Assembly (NCBI GenBank): GCA_029008595.1
Contig: JAQXJH010000106.1
Coordinates: forward strand, 8,957 to 72,956
DNA: 64,000 bases
Direction of reading: 5' to 3'
Source: Bacillota bacterium
GTDB lineage: Bacteria; Bacillota; Clostridia; Oscillospirales; Acutalibacteraceae
Made by a program: the position numbers and the translations under genes. The notes beneath the pieces were generated by a model. That model saw only the letters and a list, made by a program, of their open reading frames with translations, was not told the origin of the DNA and ran no database searches. Each line of letters opens with the position of its first letter. Position 1 is the first letter of the stretch. Positions 29,436-38,542 of the stretch are shown here, in pieces.

Positions 29436-29549
29436 ATGGCGCTTCTTTCTGCACGATTTACCGGCTTTACATATCCCTGCTATTACGGCTGGGATGTTTC
29501 GTCGTGCACCCCAAACGCTATGGTCGCATCACCGGATCGGAATTCCTGA
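29436..29549 (+). CDS. Candidate 37-aa aromatic-rich leader peptide
   Basis: GGAGG (29424-29428) lies 7 nt before the ATG. Product is MALLSARFTGFTYPCYYGWDVSSCTPNAMVASPDRNS, with F8 F11 Y13 Y16 Y17 W19. Confidence 0.55.
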   Translation: MALLSARFTGFTYPCYYGWDVSSCTPNAMVASPDRNS

Positions 29550-29590
29550 ATTCAGACAACCATTGAATGCAGGCAGGATAATAGGATGAT

Positions 29591-29626
29591 GACGGAACCC
29601 ATGGCCGGGGTTCCGTCTTTTTTATT
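29591..29626 (+). terminator. Intrinsic terminator (attenuator) in the aroF leader
   Basis: GACGGAACCC (29591-29600) pairs with GGGTTCCGTC (29608-29617) and is followed by TTTTTTATT. It lies 36 nt upstream of the aroF ATG. Confidence 0.75.
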
Positions 29627-29661
29627 ACCTGCATGAAAATCGGAAAGGAAGTCAAATCCAC

Positions 29662-30681
29662 ATGATCATCGTATTGAAAAACGGCACCACCCCTGAGCAG
29701 ATCAAAGCCTTTGAAGACAAGCTGCAAAGTCAGCACCGTGTAAAAGTAAACATCTGGCAGGGTGTGGAATCCACCGTTCTCGGACTGATCGGCGATACAC
29801 ACCAGATTGATATTGAAAGCATCGGCGCCCAGCCGATCGTGGAAAGCGTCAAACGCGTACAGGAGCCGTATAAAAAGGCCAACCGCAAATTTCACCCGGA
29901 CGATACCGTCATTACCCTGCCCGGCGGGCAGCAGATCGGCGGCGGAATCTTTCACATTATGGCTGGCCCCTGCTCGGTGGAATGTGAATCACAGATCATC
30001 GAGGTGGCGGAGCGCGTAAAAGCGGCAGGCGCGACCTTCCTGCGCGGCGGTGCGTTCAAGCCCCGCACTTCGCCCTATTCGTTCCAGGGGCTTCATGCAC
30101 AGGGTCTCGAACTGCTGCGCAAGGCCCGTGAAAAAACCGGGATGCCCATCGTAACGGAAATTATGCGCGAATCGCATATCGATATGTTTGAAGACGTCGA
30201 TATCATTCAGGTCGGCGCACGCAACATGCAGAATTTTGAGCTGCTCAAGGAGCTTGGCAAAACAAAAAAACCGATCCTGCTCAAACGGGGCCTTTCCAGC
30301 ACGATCGAAGAGCTGCTGATGATCGCCGAATATATCATGGCAGGCGGCAACGACAACGTGATCCTCTGCGAACGCGGCATCCGCACCTTTGAAACGAGCA
30401 TGCGCAATACGCTGGATATCTCCGCTGTGCCGATGCTGAAAAAGAAATCCCACCTGCCGGTCATCGTTGACCCGAGCCACGCCGCCGGGATCCCGTGGAT
30501 GGTGGAGCCGCTCGCAATGGCTGCGCTGGCCGCCGGAGCCGACGGACTGATGATCGAGGTGCACAACGACCCGAGCCATGCTCTTTCGGACGGCGCGCAG
30601 TCCCTGACACCAGATCAGTTTGACCATGTTGCTCACCATGTATTTGCTGCACGCGATGCGCTGAGCCATCTGGCCGATTAA
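29662..30681 (+). CDS. aroF: 3-deoxy-7-phosphoheptulonate (DAHP) synthase, type I-beta with N-terminal ferredoxin-like regulatory domain
   Basis: N-terminus MIIVLKNGTTPEQIKAFEDKL (regulatory domain), then a catalytic barrel (MAGPCSVE, LRGGAFKPRTSPYSFQG, IVDPSH). Confidence 0.9.
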   Translation: MIIVLKNGTTPEQIKAFEDKLQSQHRVKVNIWQGVESTVLGLIGDTHQIDIESIGAQPIVESVKRVQEPYKKANRKFHPDDTVITLPGGQQIGGGIFHIMAGPCSVECESQIIEVAERVKAAGATFLRGGAFKPRTSPYSFQGLHAQGLELLRKAREKTGMPIVTEIMRESHIDMFEDVDIIQVGARNMQNFELLKELGKTKKPILLKRGLSSTIEELLMIAEYIMAGGNDNVILCERGIRTFETSMRNTLDISAVPMLKKKSHLPVIVDPSHAAGIPWMVEPLAMAALAAGADGLMIEVHNDPSHALSDGAQSLTPDQFDHVAHHVFAARDALSHLAD

Positions 30682-30725
30682 ACGCTGCAGAAGCATAAAT
30701 ATTAATCAGAAAAGGAGCGTTTGCC

Positions 30726-31559
30726 GTGTTTGATACCATTGCAATTGTCGGTCTTGGGCTGATCGGCGGTTCTCTTGCCAAAACGATCCGCGCCAGAACC
30801 CGCTGCCGGGTCCTCGGAACCGACAGCGATCCCCGGGTCATTGAAAAAGCACTGCTCAACCGCGCGATCGACGCCGAAGCGACCGATCAGGCGCTGGCAG
30901 AAGCCGATCTCGTGTTTCTTTGCCTGTATCCTGCGGCAGCAGTGGAATTTGCCGCGGCACACGGCGCGCTTCTGAAAGGCTCCGTTGTCTGCGACGTTTC
31001 CGGGATCAAGCGTTGGATCTGCGCCAGAATGCCGGAAATCGCCGCAAAAAACGGCTTCACGTTCATCGGCGTCCATCCGATGGCGGGCAAGGAGCGCAGC
31101 GGCTTCGACGCCTCGGATTCCGCCCTGTTCCAGGGGGCCAGCTTTATTACGGTTCCCTGCGGCGCTCCGGAAAACCTGCTGAATGAACTGGAAAGCTTTG
31201 CGGTTCAGCTGGGCTTCGGCCGCTGCGTGCGCACGACCCCGGAGGAGCACGACCGCATGATCGCCTTCACCTCTCAGCTGCCTCACGTTCTGGCGTGCGC
31301 GTATGTACAAAGCCCCTGCTGCCCGAAGCACAACGGCTTTTCCGCCGGCAGCTACCGCGATGTTTCCCGCGTGGCGCGCATCAACGAAACGCTCTGGACC
31401 GAGCTTTTTCTGGAAAACCGTGAGCCGCTCTGCGACGAACTGGATCTGCTGATCAGAAATATCTGCGCCATCCGTGACGCCGCAAAGGACGGCGACGCCG
31501 AAACGCTCCGCTCGCTGCTGCAGAAAAGCCGTGAGATCAAGGAACGTCTTGGAGAATGA
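30726..31559 (+). CDS. tyrA: Prephenate dehydrogenase
   Basis: GTG start 9 nt after AAGGAG. IVGLGLIGGSLA NAD fold and HPMAG motif. Confidence 0.85.
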   Translation: MFDTIAIVGLGLIGGSLAKTIRARTRCRVLGTDSDPRVIEKALLNRAIDAEATDQALAEADLVFLCLYPAAAVEFAAAHGALLKGSVVCDVSGIKRWICARMPEIAAKNGFTFIGVHPMAGKERSGFDASDSALFQGASFITVPCGAPENLLNELESFAVQLGFGRCVRTTPEEHDRMIAFTSQLPHVLACAYVQSPCCPKHNGFSAGSYRDVSRVARINETLWTELFLENREPLCDELDLLIRNICAIRDAAKDGDAETLRSLLQKSREIKERLGE

Positions 31560-31653
31560 TCCTTGAAAAATATCACGGAAGCAAAATTTCCGATCGTAAA
31601 TTCAGCAGGCCGAACCGCGTTTTTCTCCGCGGCCGGCAGAAAGATTTGGTGAT

Positions 31654-32727
31654 ATGATGGAATCGAAAATTTCCGTTCATGCGGGGCGCGGCTATGACAT
31701 TCTGATCGGCCGCGGCATCCGACATTCCGCTGCGGAGCATATTCTGCCGCTGTTTCCAAAAGCGGAACGCGTCTGCGTCGTCAGCGACAGCAACGTCTCT
31801 CTGCTTTACGCCGGCGCGCTGCTCGATGCGCTGCGCCGGGCCGGACTGAACGCTTCTCTCTTCGTATTTCCCGCCGGAGAACAGAGCAAGACGCTTGCCA
31901 CCGTCGGACAGATGTATGCACACTTTGCCGCTCACCGGCTCACCCGCACCGATTTTGTCATTGCGCTCGGCGGCGGCGTAACGGGTGATCTTTGCGGCTT
32001 TGCGGCGGCAACGTATCTGCGCGGCATTGATTTTGTGCAGATACCCACTTCGCTGCTGGCTCAGGTGGATTCCTCCGTGGGCGGAAAAACCGGCGTCGAC
32101 CTACCGGAGGGCAAAAATCTGGTGGGCGCGTTCTGGCAGCCGCGGCTGGTGCTGATCGACCCGGACGTGCTGCAGACGCTTTCTCCCCTGTTTTACGCCG
32201 ACGGCATGGCGGAGATCATCAAGACCGCCTGTATCAAGGATGCGGCGCTCTTCGACCGGCTGAACCGGGAAACGCCGCCGCCCATTGAAGAAACGATTGC
32301 CGATTGTGTCGCCATCAAGGCGGGCGTAGTAGAACGGGACGAGCGCGAAGCCGGAGAACGCACGCTGCTCAATTTCGGTCACACTGTCGGCCACGCGCTG
32401 GAAAAGCTGCACGGCTACTGCGGTCTGACACATGGCCACGCCGTTGCCGTCGGCATGGCGAAGCTGACCGCCGCCGCCGAACAGTCCGGGCTGACCGAGC
32501 CGGGCTGCACCCGGCAGCTGAAGCTTTGCCTTACGCGCTACTTTCTGCCCTGCACGGACCCTGCTTCTGCCGCCGAGATCGCCGCTGCCGCCGCCGGAGA
32601 CAAAAAAACGACCGGCAGCACCATCAAGCTGGTGCTGCTGCACCGCATCGGCGAGAGCTATGTTTATCCGGCGACGCTCACCGCACTGGAGCAGCTGCTT
32701 GCCAAAACGGGAGGCGCACAGGAATGA
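31654..32727 (+). CDS. aroB: 3-dehydroquinate synthase
   Basis: GGGVTGDLCGFAAATYLRGIDFVQIPTSLLAQVDSSVGGKTG signature. Confidence 0.92.
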   Translation: MMESKISVHAGRGYDILIGRGIRHSAAEHILPLFPKAERVCVVSDSNVSLLYAGALLDALRRAGLNASLFVFPAGEQSKTLATVGQMYAHFAAHRLTRTDFVIALGGGVTGDLCGFAAATYLRGIDFVQIPTSLLAQVDSSVGGKTGVDLPEGKNLVGAFWQPRLVLIDPDVLQTLSPLFYADGMAEIIKTACIKDAALFDRLNRETPPPIEETIADCVAIKAGVVERDEREAGERTLLNFGHTVGHALEKLHGYCGLTHGHAVAVGMAKLTAAAEQSGLTEPGCTRQLKLCLTRYFLPCTDPASAAEIAAAAAGDKKTTGSTIKLVLLHRIGESYVYPATLTALEQLLAKTGGAQE

Positions 32728-34034
32728 ATCTTTCGGATCCGGTCACCCTTACGCCTTCGGAGCTGCACGGCAGCATCGTCATTCCGCCGAGCAAAAGCAT
32801 TTCTCACCGGGCGATCCTCTGCGCCGCCATGGCAGACGGCGTCAGCCGGATCGCGCCGATCGCACCGTCTCAGGATATGGAAGCCACCGTCCGCTGCATC
32901 CGTGCGCTCGGCGCTTCGGCCGTGCGTGACGGCGACGCGCTGCTGATCGACGGCCGCGGGCTTTTTTCCCCGGAGCACGGCGCTTCCGATGCTTCCCCCG
33001 TTTTGCTGGACTGCGGAGAATCCGGTTCCACGCTGCGGTTTCTGATCCCTCTGGCAGCGGCGGGCGGTGTTACGGCCGTTTTTACCGGGCGCGGAAGGCT
33101 GCCCGAACGCCCGATCGGCTGCTTCTGCGACTGCCTGCCCGGCGCCGGAGCCGAGCTGCAGACGGAAGGCGGGCTTCCGCTGACAGTCCGCGGCAGGCTG
33201 CACAGCGGCAATTTTTCTCTGCCCGGCAACGTCAGTTCCCAATTCATCACCGGTCTGCTGCTCGCGCTGCCTCTGCTGGACGGCGACAGCACCATCACGC
33301 TGACCACACCTCTGGAATCTGCCGCATATATTGACCTGACGCTCAGTGTGATGCACTCGTTCGGTGTTTCCGCGCAGCGCACGGAAACCGGATGGTCGGT
33401 TCCCGGCAACCAGCACTACCGCGCGCAGGATTACACCGTGGAGGGCGACTGGTCTCAGGCTGCCTTCTTTCTCGGGGCAGGGCTTCTCGGTTCCCGCCTT
33501 TCGCTTTGCGGGCTGCGCAGGGATTCCGCGCAGGGAGACCGCGCCTGCGAGCCGCTGTTCACCGCCATGGGCGCCGTGACCCGCTGGCAGGACGGCATTC
33601 TGCAGGTTTTCCCCGGCGAAAAGCGCGCTGCCGTGATCGATGCGTCGCAGATCCCCGATCTGGTTCCGGTGCTGGCGGCCTGCGCCGCCTTTTGCCCGGG
33701 AGAAACACAGATCGTCAACGCAGCCCGGCTCCGCATCAAGGAAAGCGACCGTTTGCAGACGACTGCGTCCCTGATCCGCTCTCTCGGAGGTTCCGTCCGC
33801 GAGCTTGCCGACGGGCTGCAGATCACCGGGGCACCTTTCTTGCCCGGCGGAAGCTGCTCCGGCGCAAACGATCACCGCATCGTGATGGCCGCGGCGATCG
33901 CTGCGCTCGGCTGTACCGGCCCGGTAACCGTCTCCGACGCACACAGCGTGAAGAAATCCTTTCCGGATTTCTTTGAACAATACAACAGACTGGGAGGACA
34001 CGCCAATGTCATCGACATGGGGAAATCAAATTAA
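32724..34034 (+). CDS. aroA: 3-phosphoshikimate 1-carboxyvinyltransferase (EPSP synthase)
   Basis: The ATG overlaps the aroB stop (ATGA). PPSKSISHRAILCAA and LGGSV...DHRIVMAAAIAAL motifs. The upstream 140 codons of the track ORF are an overlap artefact. Confidence 0.92.
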   Translation: MNLSDPVTLTPSELHGSIVIPPSKSISHRAILCAAMADGVSRIAPIAPSQDMEATVRCIRALGASAVRDGDALLIDGRGLFSPEHGASDASPVLLDCGESGSTLRFLIPLAAAGGVTAVFTGRGRLPERPIGCFCDCLPGAGAELQTEGGLPLTVRGRLHSGNFSLPGNVSSQFITGLLLALPLLDGDSTITLTTPLESAAYIDLTLSVMHSFGVSAQRTETGWSVPGNQHYRAQDYTVEGDWSQAAFFLGAGLLGSRLSLCGLRRDSAQGDRACEPLFTAMGAVTRWQDGILQVFPGEKRAAVIDASQIPDLVPVLAACAAFCPGETQIVNAARLRIKESDRLQTTASLIRSLGGSVRELADGLQITGAPFLPGGSCSGANDHRIVMAAAIAALGCTGPVTVSDAHSVKKSFPDFFEQYNRLGGHANVIDMGKSN

Positions 34035-35091
34035 AATTTCTGTTTTCGGCGAAAGCCACGGTGCCGGAATCGGCGTGGTACTGGACGGGCTTCCGGCCGG
34101 AGCGCCGGTCGACATGGACGCGGTTCTGCTGCAGATGGCCCGCCGCGCACCGGGCAACGACCCGGCTGCCACGCGCCGCCGGGAGGCCGATATGCCGGAG
34201 ATCCTTTCCGGTATGCAGAACGGCCGCACCACCGGCGCGCCGCTTGCCGCGCTGATCCGCAACGGGGACACCCGTTCGCAGGATTACGCCAACCTTTCGC
34301 TGGTTCCCCGGCCCGGTCATTCGGATCTTGCCGCCTTTTTCCGCTATGACGGCTGGAACGACATCCGCGGCGGCGGCCATTTTTCCGGGCGGCTGACCGC
34401 GCCGATCGTGTTCGCCGGTTCCGTCTGCCGCCAGATCCTTTCCGCGCGCGGCGTCACGGTGGGTGCACATCTGCTTTCGGCGGGCACCGTCAGCGAAGAG
34501 CCGTTTGACCCTGCCGCCGTAAACAAGGAGCTGCTGGATTCGCTCAACTGCCGCCCGTTCCCAACCCTGAATGAAGAGGCAAAGCAGCGGATGCGCGATG
34601 AGATCGAACGTGCCCGGATGGACTGCGACAGCGTGGGCGGCGTTGTGGAATGTGCGGCGGTCGGGTTGGCTCCCGGAACCGGCAATCCGATGTTCGGCGG
34701 CGTGGAAAATGTGCTCGCATCCATTCTGTTCGGCATTCCGGCCGTCAAGGGAGTGGAATTCGGCGCCGGTTTTGCCGCGGCAAAACTGCGCGGCAGCGAA
34801 AACAACGATCCGTTCCGCGTGGCGGCGGACGGAAGGTTTTTTTCCGAAACGAACCGCCACGGCGGAATCCTCGGCGGGATCACCAGCGGCATGCCGGTGA
34901 TCGTGCGCGCCGCATTCAAGCCGACGCCGAGCATTGCAAAGCCGCAGCGCTCCGTTGAGCTGGTCGGCCGCACCGAGGAAGAGCTTGTAATCCGCGGACG
35001 GCACGACGCCTGCGTTGCGGTGCGCGCGGTTCCCGTGGTAGAAGCCGCCGTCTGCATCGGCCTGCTCGATCTGCTGCAAGGCCGCTGCTGA
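34006..35091 (+). CDS. aroC: Chorismate synthase
   Basis: GGGAGGA RBS. FGESHG and RPGHSD motifs. It overlaps the aroA 3' end by 29 nt. Confidence 0.92.
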   Translation: MSSTWGNQIKISVFGESHGAGIGVVLDGLPAGAPVDMDAVLLQMARRAPGNDPAATRRREADMPEILSGMQNGRTTGAPLAALIRNGDTRSQDYANLSLVPRPGHSDLAAFFRYDGWNDIRGGGHFSGRLTAPIVFAGSVCRQILSARGVTVGAHLLSAGTVSEEPFDPAAVNKELLDSLNCRPFPTLNEEAKQRMRDEIERARMDCDSVGGVVECAAVGLAPGTGNPMFGGVENVLASILFGIPAVKGVEFGAGFAAAKLRGSENNDPFRVAADGRFFSETNRHGGILGGITSGMPVIVRAAFKPTPSIAKPQRSVELVGRTEEELVIRGRHDACVAVRAVPVVEAAVCIGLLDLLQGRC

Positions 35092-35201
35092 ACAACCGGG
35101 CATGCTGCCTGAGCCGGACGAAGCATTTTTGCGGCACACGGCAGGAAATCCCCGGAAAGAACCCGGTCACGAATACATTATCATGTGAGGGCGATGGATA
35201 T

Positions 35202-36326
35202 ATGGAGCTTTCTGAAGTCCGGAAAAAAATAGACACAATTGATTCGCAGCTGCTTTCGCTGTTCGAACAGCGGATGGACTGCGCCCGGCAGGTGGCGGAG
35301 ATCAAGGGCAAAAAGGGACTGCCGGTCTTCAACCCCGAGCGCGAGGAAGAGATTCTGGAACGCCGCTCCGCCGAGGCCGGTGAACTTGGTGATGAGGCGC
35401 GGGTGCTGTTTTCCACACTGATGGAACTCAGCCGCTCCCTGCAGCATCAGATGCTTCAGGCAGAAAATCCGCTTGCCTCGCTGCTGGATTCCGCCGAAAC
35501 GGTTCTTCCCTCCACCGGCAGAATCGCCTGCCAGGGCGTAGCGGAGGCTTATTCTCACAAAGCGGCGCAGCGCTGTTTTCCGGGCTGCGAACCGGAATTC
35601 TTCGCAAAATGGGAGGACGTTTTCCGTGCGCTGGAAGCCGGACGCGCCGATTTCGGCGTTCTTCCGGTCGAAAATTCCTCTGCCGGCGCCGTCAGCGAGG
35701 TTTACGATCTGATCCTGAAATACCGTTATTATATTGTAGGCGCAGTAGAGCTTGCCGTAAACCATTGCCTCGCCGCCAAACCCGGCACCGCCAAAGAACA
35801 GATCCGCCGCGTGATTTCCCACCCGCAGGCGCTGGCGCAGTGTGAAAATTTCCTGAAGGACAACGGCTATCATCCGGTCTCCTGTTCCAACACTGCGGTG
35901 GCCGCGCAGCACGTTGCCGCCGAACCGGGAGACGATTGTGCGGCGCTCTGCTCCGAAACCGCCGCGGAACGCGCCGGACTTGTGGTGCTGCAGCACGCCG
36001 TTCAGGACTGCACCGCCAACTGCACGCGGTTCGTGGTCGTTTCCCGCCGCCTGATCCTGCCCGAGAACGGCGACAAGATCAGCCTCTGCTTTTCGTTGCC
36101 GCACGTCACCGGCTCGCTTTACCGCGTTCTGGCCCGGTTTGCCGCCATGGGGCTGAACCTGACCAAAATCGAATCGCGCCCCATTGCAGGCAAAGCCTTT
36201 GAATATCTTTTTTATCTTGACTTTACCGGCAGCGTCCACAGCGAATCCACCCGCCGCCTGCTCGGCTCCCTTTCCAAAGAACTGCCCGGCTTTTCATTTT
36301 TGGGCAACTACCGCGAGTTGATATGA
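35202..36326 (+). CDS. pheA: Bifunctional chorismate mutase / prephenate dehydratase (P-protein) with ACT domain
   Basis: N-terminal CM_2 helix (IDSQLLSLFEQRMDCARQV), PDT core (VENSSAGAVSE, TRFVVVS) and a C-terminal ACT domain (ESRP). Confidence 0.9.
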   Translation: MELSEVRKKIDTIDSQLLSLFEQRMDCARQVAEIKGKKGLPVFNPEREEEILERRSAEAGELGDEARVLFSTLMELSRSLQHQMLQAENPLASLLDSAETVLPSTGRIACQGVAEAYSHKAAQRCFPGCEPEFFAKWEDVFRALEAGRADFGVLPVENSSAGAVSEVYDLILKYRYYIVGAVELAVNHCLAAKPGTAKEQIRRVISHPQALAQCENFLKDNGYHPVSCSNTAVAAQHVAAEPGDDCAALCSETAAERAGLVVLQHAVQDCTANCTRFVVVSRRLILPENGDKISLCFSLPHVTGSLYRVLARFAAMGLNLTKIESRPIAGKAFEYLFYLDFTGSVHSESTRRLLGSLSKELPGFSFLGNYRELI

Positions 36327-36366
36327 ACTGACAGAAAAAAACGATGATCGTCAAGGAGGAACTTGT

Positions 36367-37248
36367 ATGAGTTACGCAAACCTGCATCTGCACTCTTTTT
36401 TCTCGGACGGCGTATTCACTCCGCAGCAATTATGTACACTGGCAAAGCAAAAGGGATACGGCGCAATTGCTGTTTCTGACCACGAAACCGCGCGCGGCGT
36501 GGAATTCATGCGGTCGGCAGCAAAGGAGCTTGGCCTTGAATTTATTTCCGGCATGGAAACCTATGCGTTTGATTTCGGTGAGGAATTTCATATTCTTGCT
36601 TATGACTTTGATCCCGATGAACCGAACCTCCGCGCGTATACCAACGAAATGGAAGAATCAGCGGCAGCGCTTACGAAAGCGCGTTTTGACGCCTGCAAAA
36701 AAAGCGGTCTGATCCGTCAGATCAACTGGCAGCAGGTTCTGGATCGTTTTCCGCAAACGGGATGGCTGTGCAACGAACAGGTTTTTGACACCATGAAGGC
36801 CTTCGGCGAGGCAACCGAGGCCGATTACTGGAGCTTCTTTCCGCAGTTTCAGCAGGCGGCTTCCGCACCGCGCAGAGTGTTCGACAGCAAGACGATCATC
36901 TCCATGATCCGCGGCGCGGGCGGCGTTGCCGTGCTGGCGCATCCGCACCGGCAGACACAGTATCTTGCCGATCTGCTGAAAAACGGGCTGAACGGCGTCG
37001 AAGCCTCCCACCCCGATATCGATGAAGCCGATGAGAAGGCTGCAAGGGAATTTGCGCGGGAGCATCGGCTCTACACGACCGGCGGAACCGATCACACGGG
37101 GCTGCTCGGCACGCTGCCGTCCCGCGGGGATGAACCCGGGCGTCTTTCCCCCGCAGGCAGCGGCGCTCTGACCGATTATACCGCCGATGTTTTCAACGGA
37201 GCTTCCCGCGAAGAGTTCGATGCGCTGCGCAGCCGGATCTACGGCTGA
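36367..37248 (+). CDS. PHP domain-containing phosphoesterase
   Basis: LHLHSFFSDG ... AVSDHET ... AHP motifs. AAGGAGGAA RBS. Confidence 0.75.
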   Translation: MSYANLHLHSFFSDGVFTPQQLCTLAKQKGYGAIAVSDHETARGVEFMRSAAKELGLEFISGMETYAFDFGEEFHILAYDFDPDEPNLRAYTNEMEESAAALTKARFDACKKSGLIRQINWQQVLDRFPQTGWLCNEQVFDTMKAFGEATEADYWSFFPQFQQAASAPRRVFDSKTIISMIRGAGGVAVLAHPHRQTQYLADLLKNGLNGVEASHPDIDEADEKAAREFAREHRLYTTGGTDHTGLLGTLPSRGDEPGRLSPAGSGALTDYTADVFNGASREEFDALRSRIYG

Positions 37249-37287
37249 TCCGCAATTTTGCATTCATGAAGAACCTCCTGTGATGTA

Positions 37288-37316
37288 TTGCGTTTTTTCC
37301 TGTCATCGGGTATAAT
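37288..37316 (+). promoter_or_regulatory. Sigma-A type promoter of prfB
   Basis: TTGCGT (37288-37293), 17-nt spacer, TATAAT (37311-37316). Confidence 0.6.
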
Positions 37317-37408
37317 ATTTTAGTTAAAGCAAATGCTGACGTCCCTGCGCTGCGGCGGACGGTCGGAACCGCGGCATGTTCAAAATTCGCAATAAAGGAT
37401 GATTCGGA

Positions 37409-38542
37409 TTGTTACAGTATGAAGAACTGCGTCTCGAGCTGGAAAACATGCAGCCGGAGCTGCACGATCTTGCCGACGCGCTCGGCCTTGATAAAATGGC
37501 CAACGAAGTGGCCGAACTGGAACTGAAGGCTTCCCAGCCCGGGTTCTGGGATAATGCGGAGGAATCTCAGAAGGTTCTGCAGCGAAGCGGCGCGCTCAAG
37601 GGAAAAATTGAGGCCTACAACAAACTGAAGGCCTCGTTCGACGACACCATGGCGCTGATCGAGCTGGCCGACGAGGAAGGGGATCTTTCTCTGCTGGAGG
37701 AAGCGCAGCAGGGCGTTGAAAACGTTCGTCAGGAGATGGAAGCCCAGCGCCTTTCCACGCTTCTGACCGGAGAGTACGATGCCCGCAATGCCATTCTGAC
37801 GCTGCACGCCGGCGCCGGCGGAACAGAAGCGCAGGATTGGGCGCTGATGCTTTACCGCATGTACTGCCGCTGGGGCGAGCGCCATAACTTCAAGGTCAAT
37901 ACGGTGGATATGCTCGACGGCGAAGAAGCCGGCATCAAAAGCGCAACGATCACCATCGAAGGCGAAAATGCCTACGGCTATCTGAAAGGCGAAAACGGCG
38001 TCCACCGTCTGGTGCGCATCTCGCCGTTTGACGCCTCGGGCCGCCGCCACACCTCCTTTGCCTCGCTGGAGGTGATTCCCGAGATAGACGACAGCATTCA
38101 TGTGGAGATCGCGCCGGAGGATATTAAAATGGATGTCTTCCGTTCCAGCGGCGCCGGCGGCCAGCACATCAACAAAACCTCCTCCGCCGTTCGCCTGACC
38201 CACCTGCCGACCGGCATCGTTGTTTCGTGCCAGACCGAACGCAGCCAGTTCCAGAACCGCGACACCGCAATGAAGATGCTGGTCTCCAAGCTGATGGAGA
38301 TCAAAGAACGTGAGCATCTGGCCACCATCAACGATATCAAGGGCGTTCAGAAGGAGATCGCCTGGGGTTCTCAGATCCGCTCCTATGTCTTTATGCCCTA
38401 TACGCTCGCTAAGGATCACCGCACCGGGTTTGAATCCGGCAACATCAACGCCGTGATGGACGGGGATATCGACGGTTTTATCAATGCCTATCTGAAAGCA
38501 CAGAATCTGAAAAATCTCGATCCAAACGAAGACGATCTGTAA
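37409..38542 (+). CDS. prfB: Peptide chain release factor 2, encoded in a single frame (no programmed +1 frameshift)
   Basis: TTG start 9 nt after AAAGGA. SPF tripeptide (RISPFDASGRRHTSF) and GGQ (SGAGGQHINKT). The site homologous to the frameshift reads CTT GAT. Confidence 0.92.
   Translation: MLQYEELRLELENMQPELHDLADALGLDKMANEVAELELKASQPGFWDNAEESQKVLQRSGALKGKIEAYNKLKASFDDTMALIELADEEGDLSLLEEAQQGVENVRQEMEAQRLSTLLTGEYDARNAILTLHAGAGGTEAQDWALMLYRMYCRWGERHNFKVNTVDMLDGEEAGIKSATITIEGENAYGYLKGENGVHRLVRISPFDASGRRHTSFASLEVIPEIDDSIHVEIAPEDIKMDVFRSSGAGGQHINKTSSAVRLTHLPTGIVVSCQTERSQFQNRDTAMKMLVSKLMEIKEREHLATINDIKGVQKEIAWGSQIRSYVFMPYTLAKDHRTGFESGNINAVMDGDIDGFINAYLKAQNLKNLDPNEDDL

Noticed and set aside
29531-29556. 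GGAATTCCTGAATTC (two EcoRI-type palindromes) as a structural element of the aro leader
   Set aside because: The two GAATTC copies are separated by only 2 nt and so cannot form a hairpin. The arrangement is probably coincidental.
32304-32723. N-terminal 140 codons of the 576-aa track ORF containing aroA
   Set aside because: This part overlaps aroB in another frame and is Arg-rich nonsense. The conserved EPSP synthase N-terminus starts at ATG 32724, which forms an ATGA overlap with the aroB stop.
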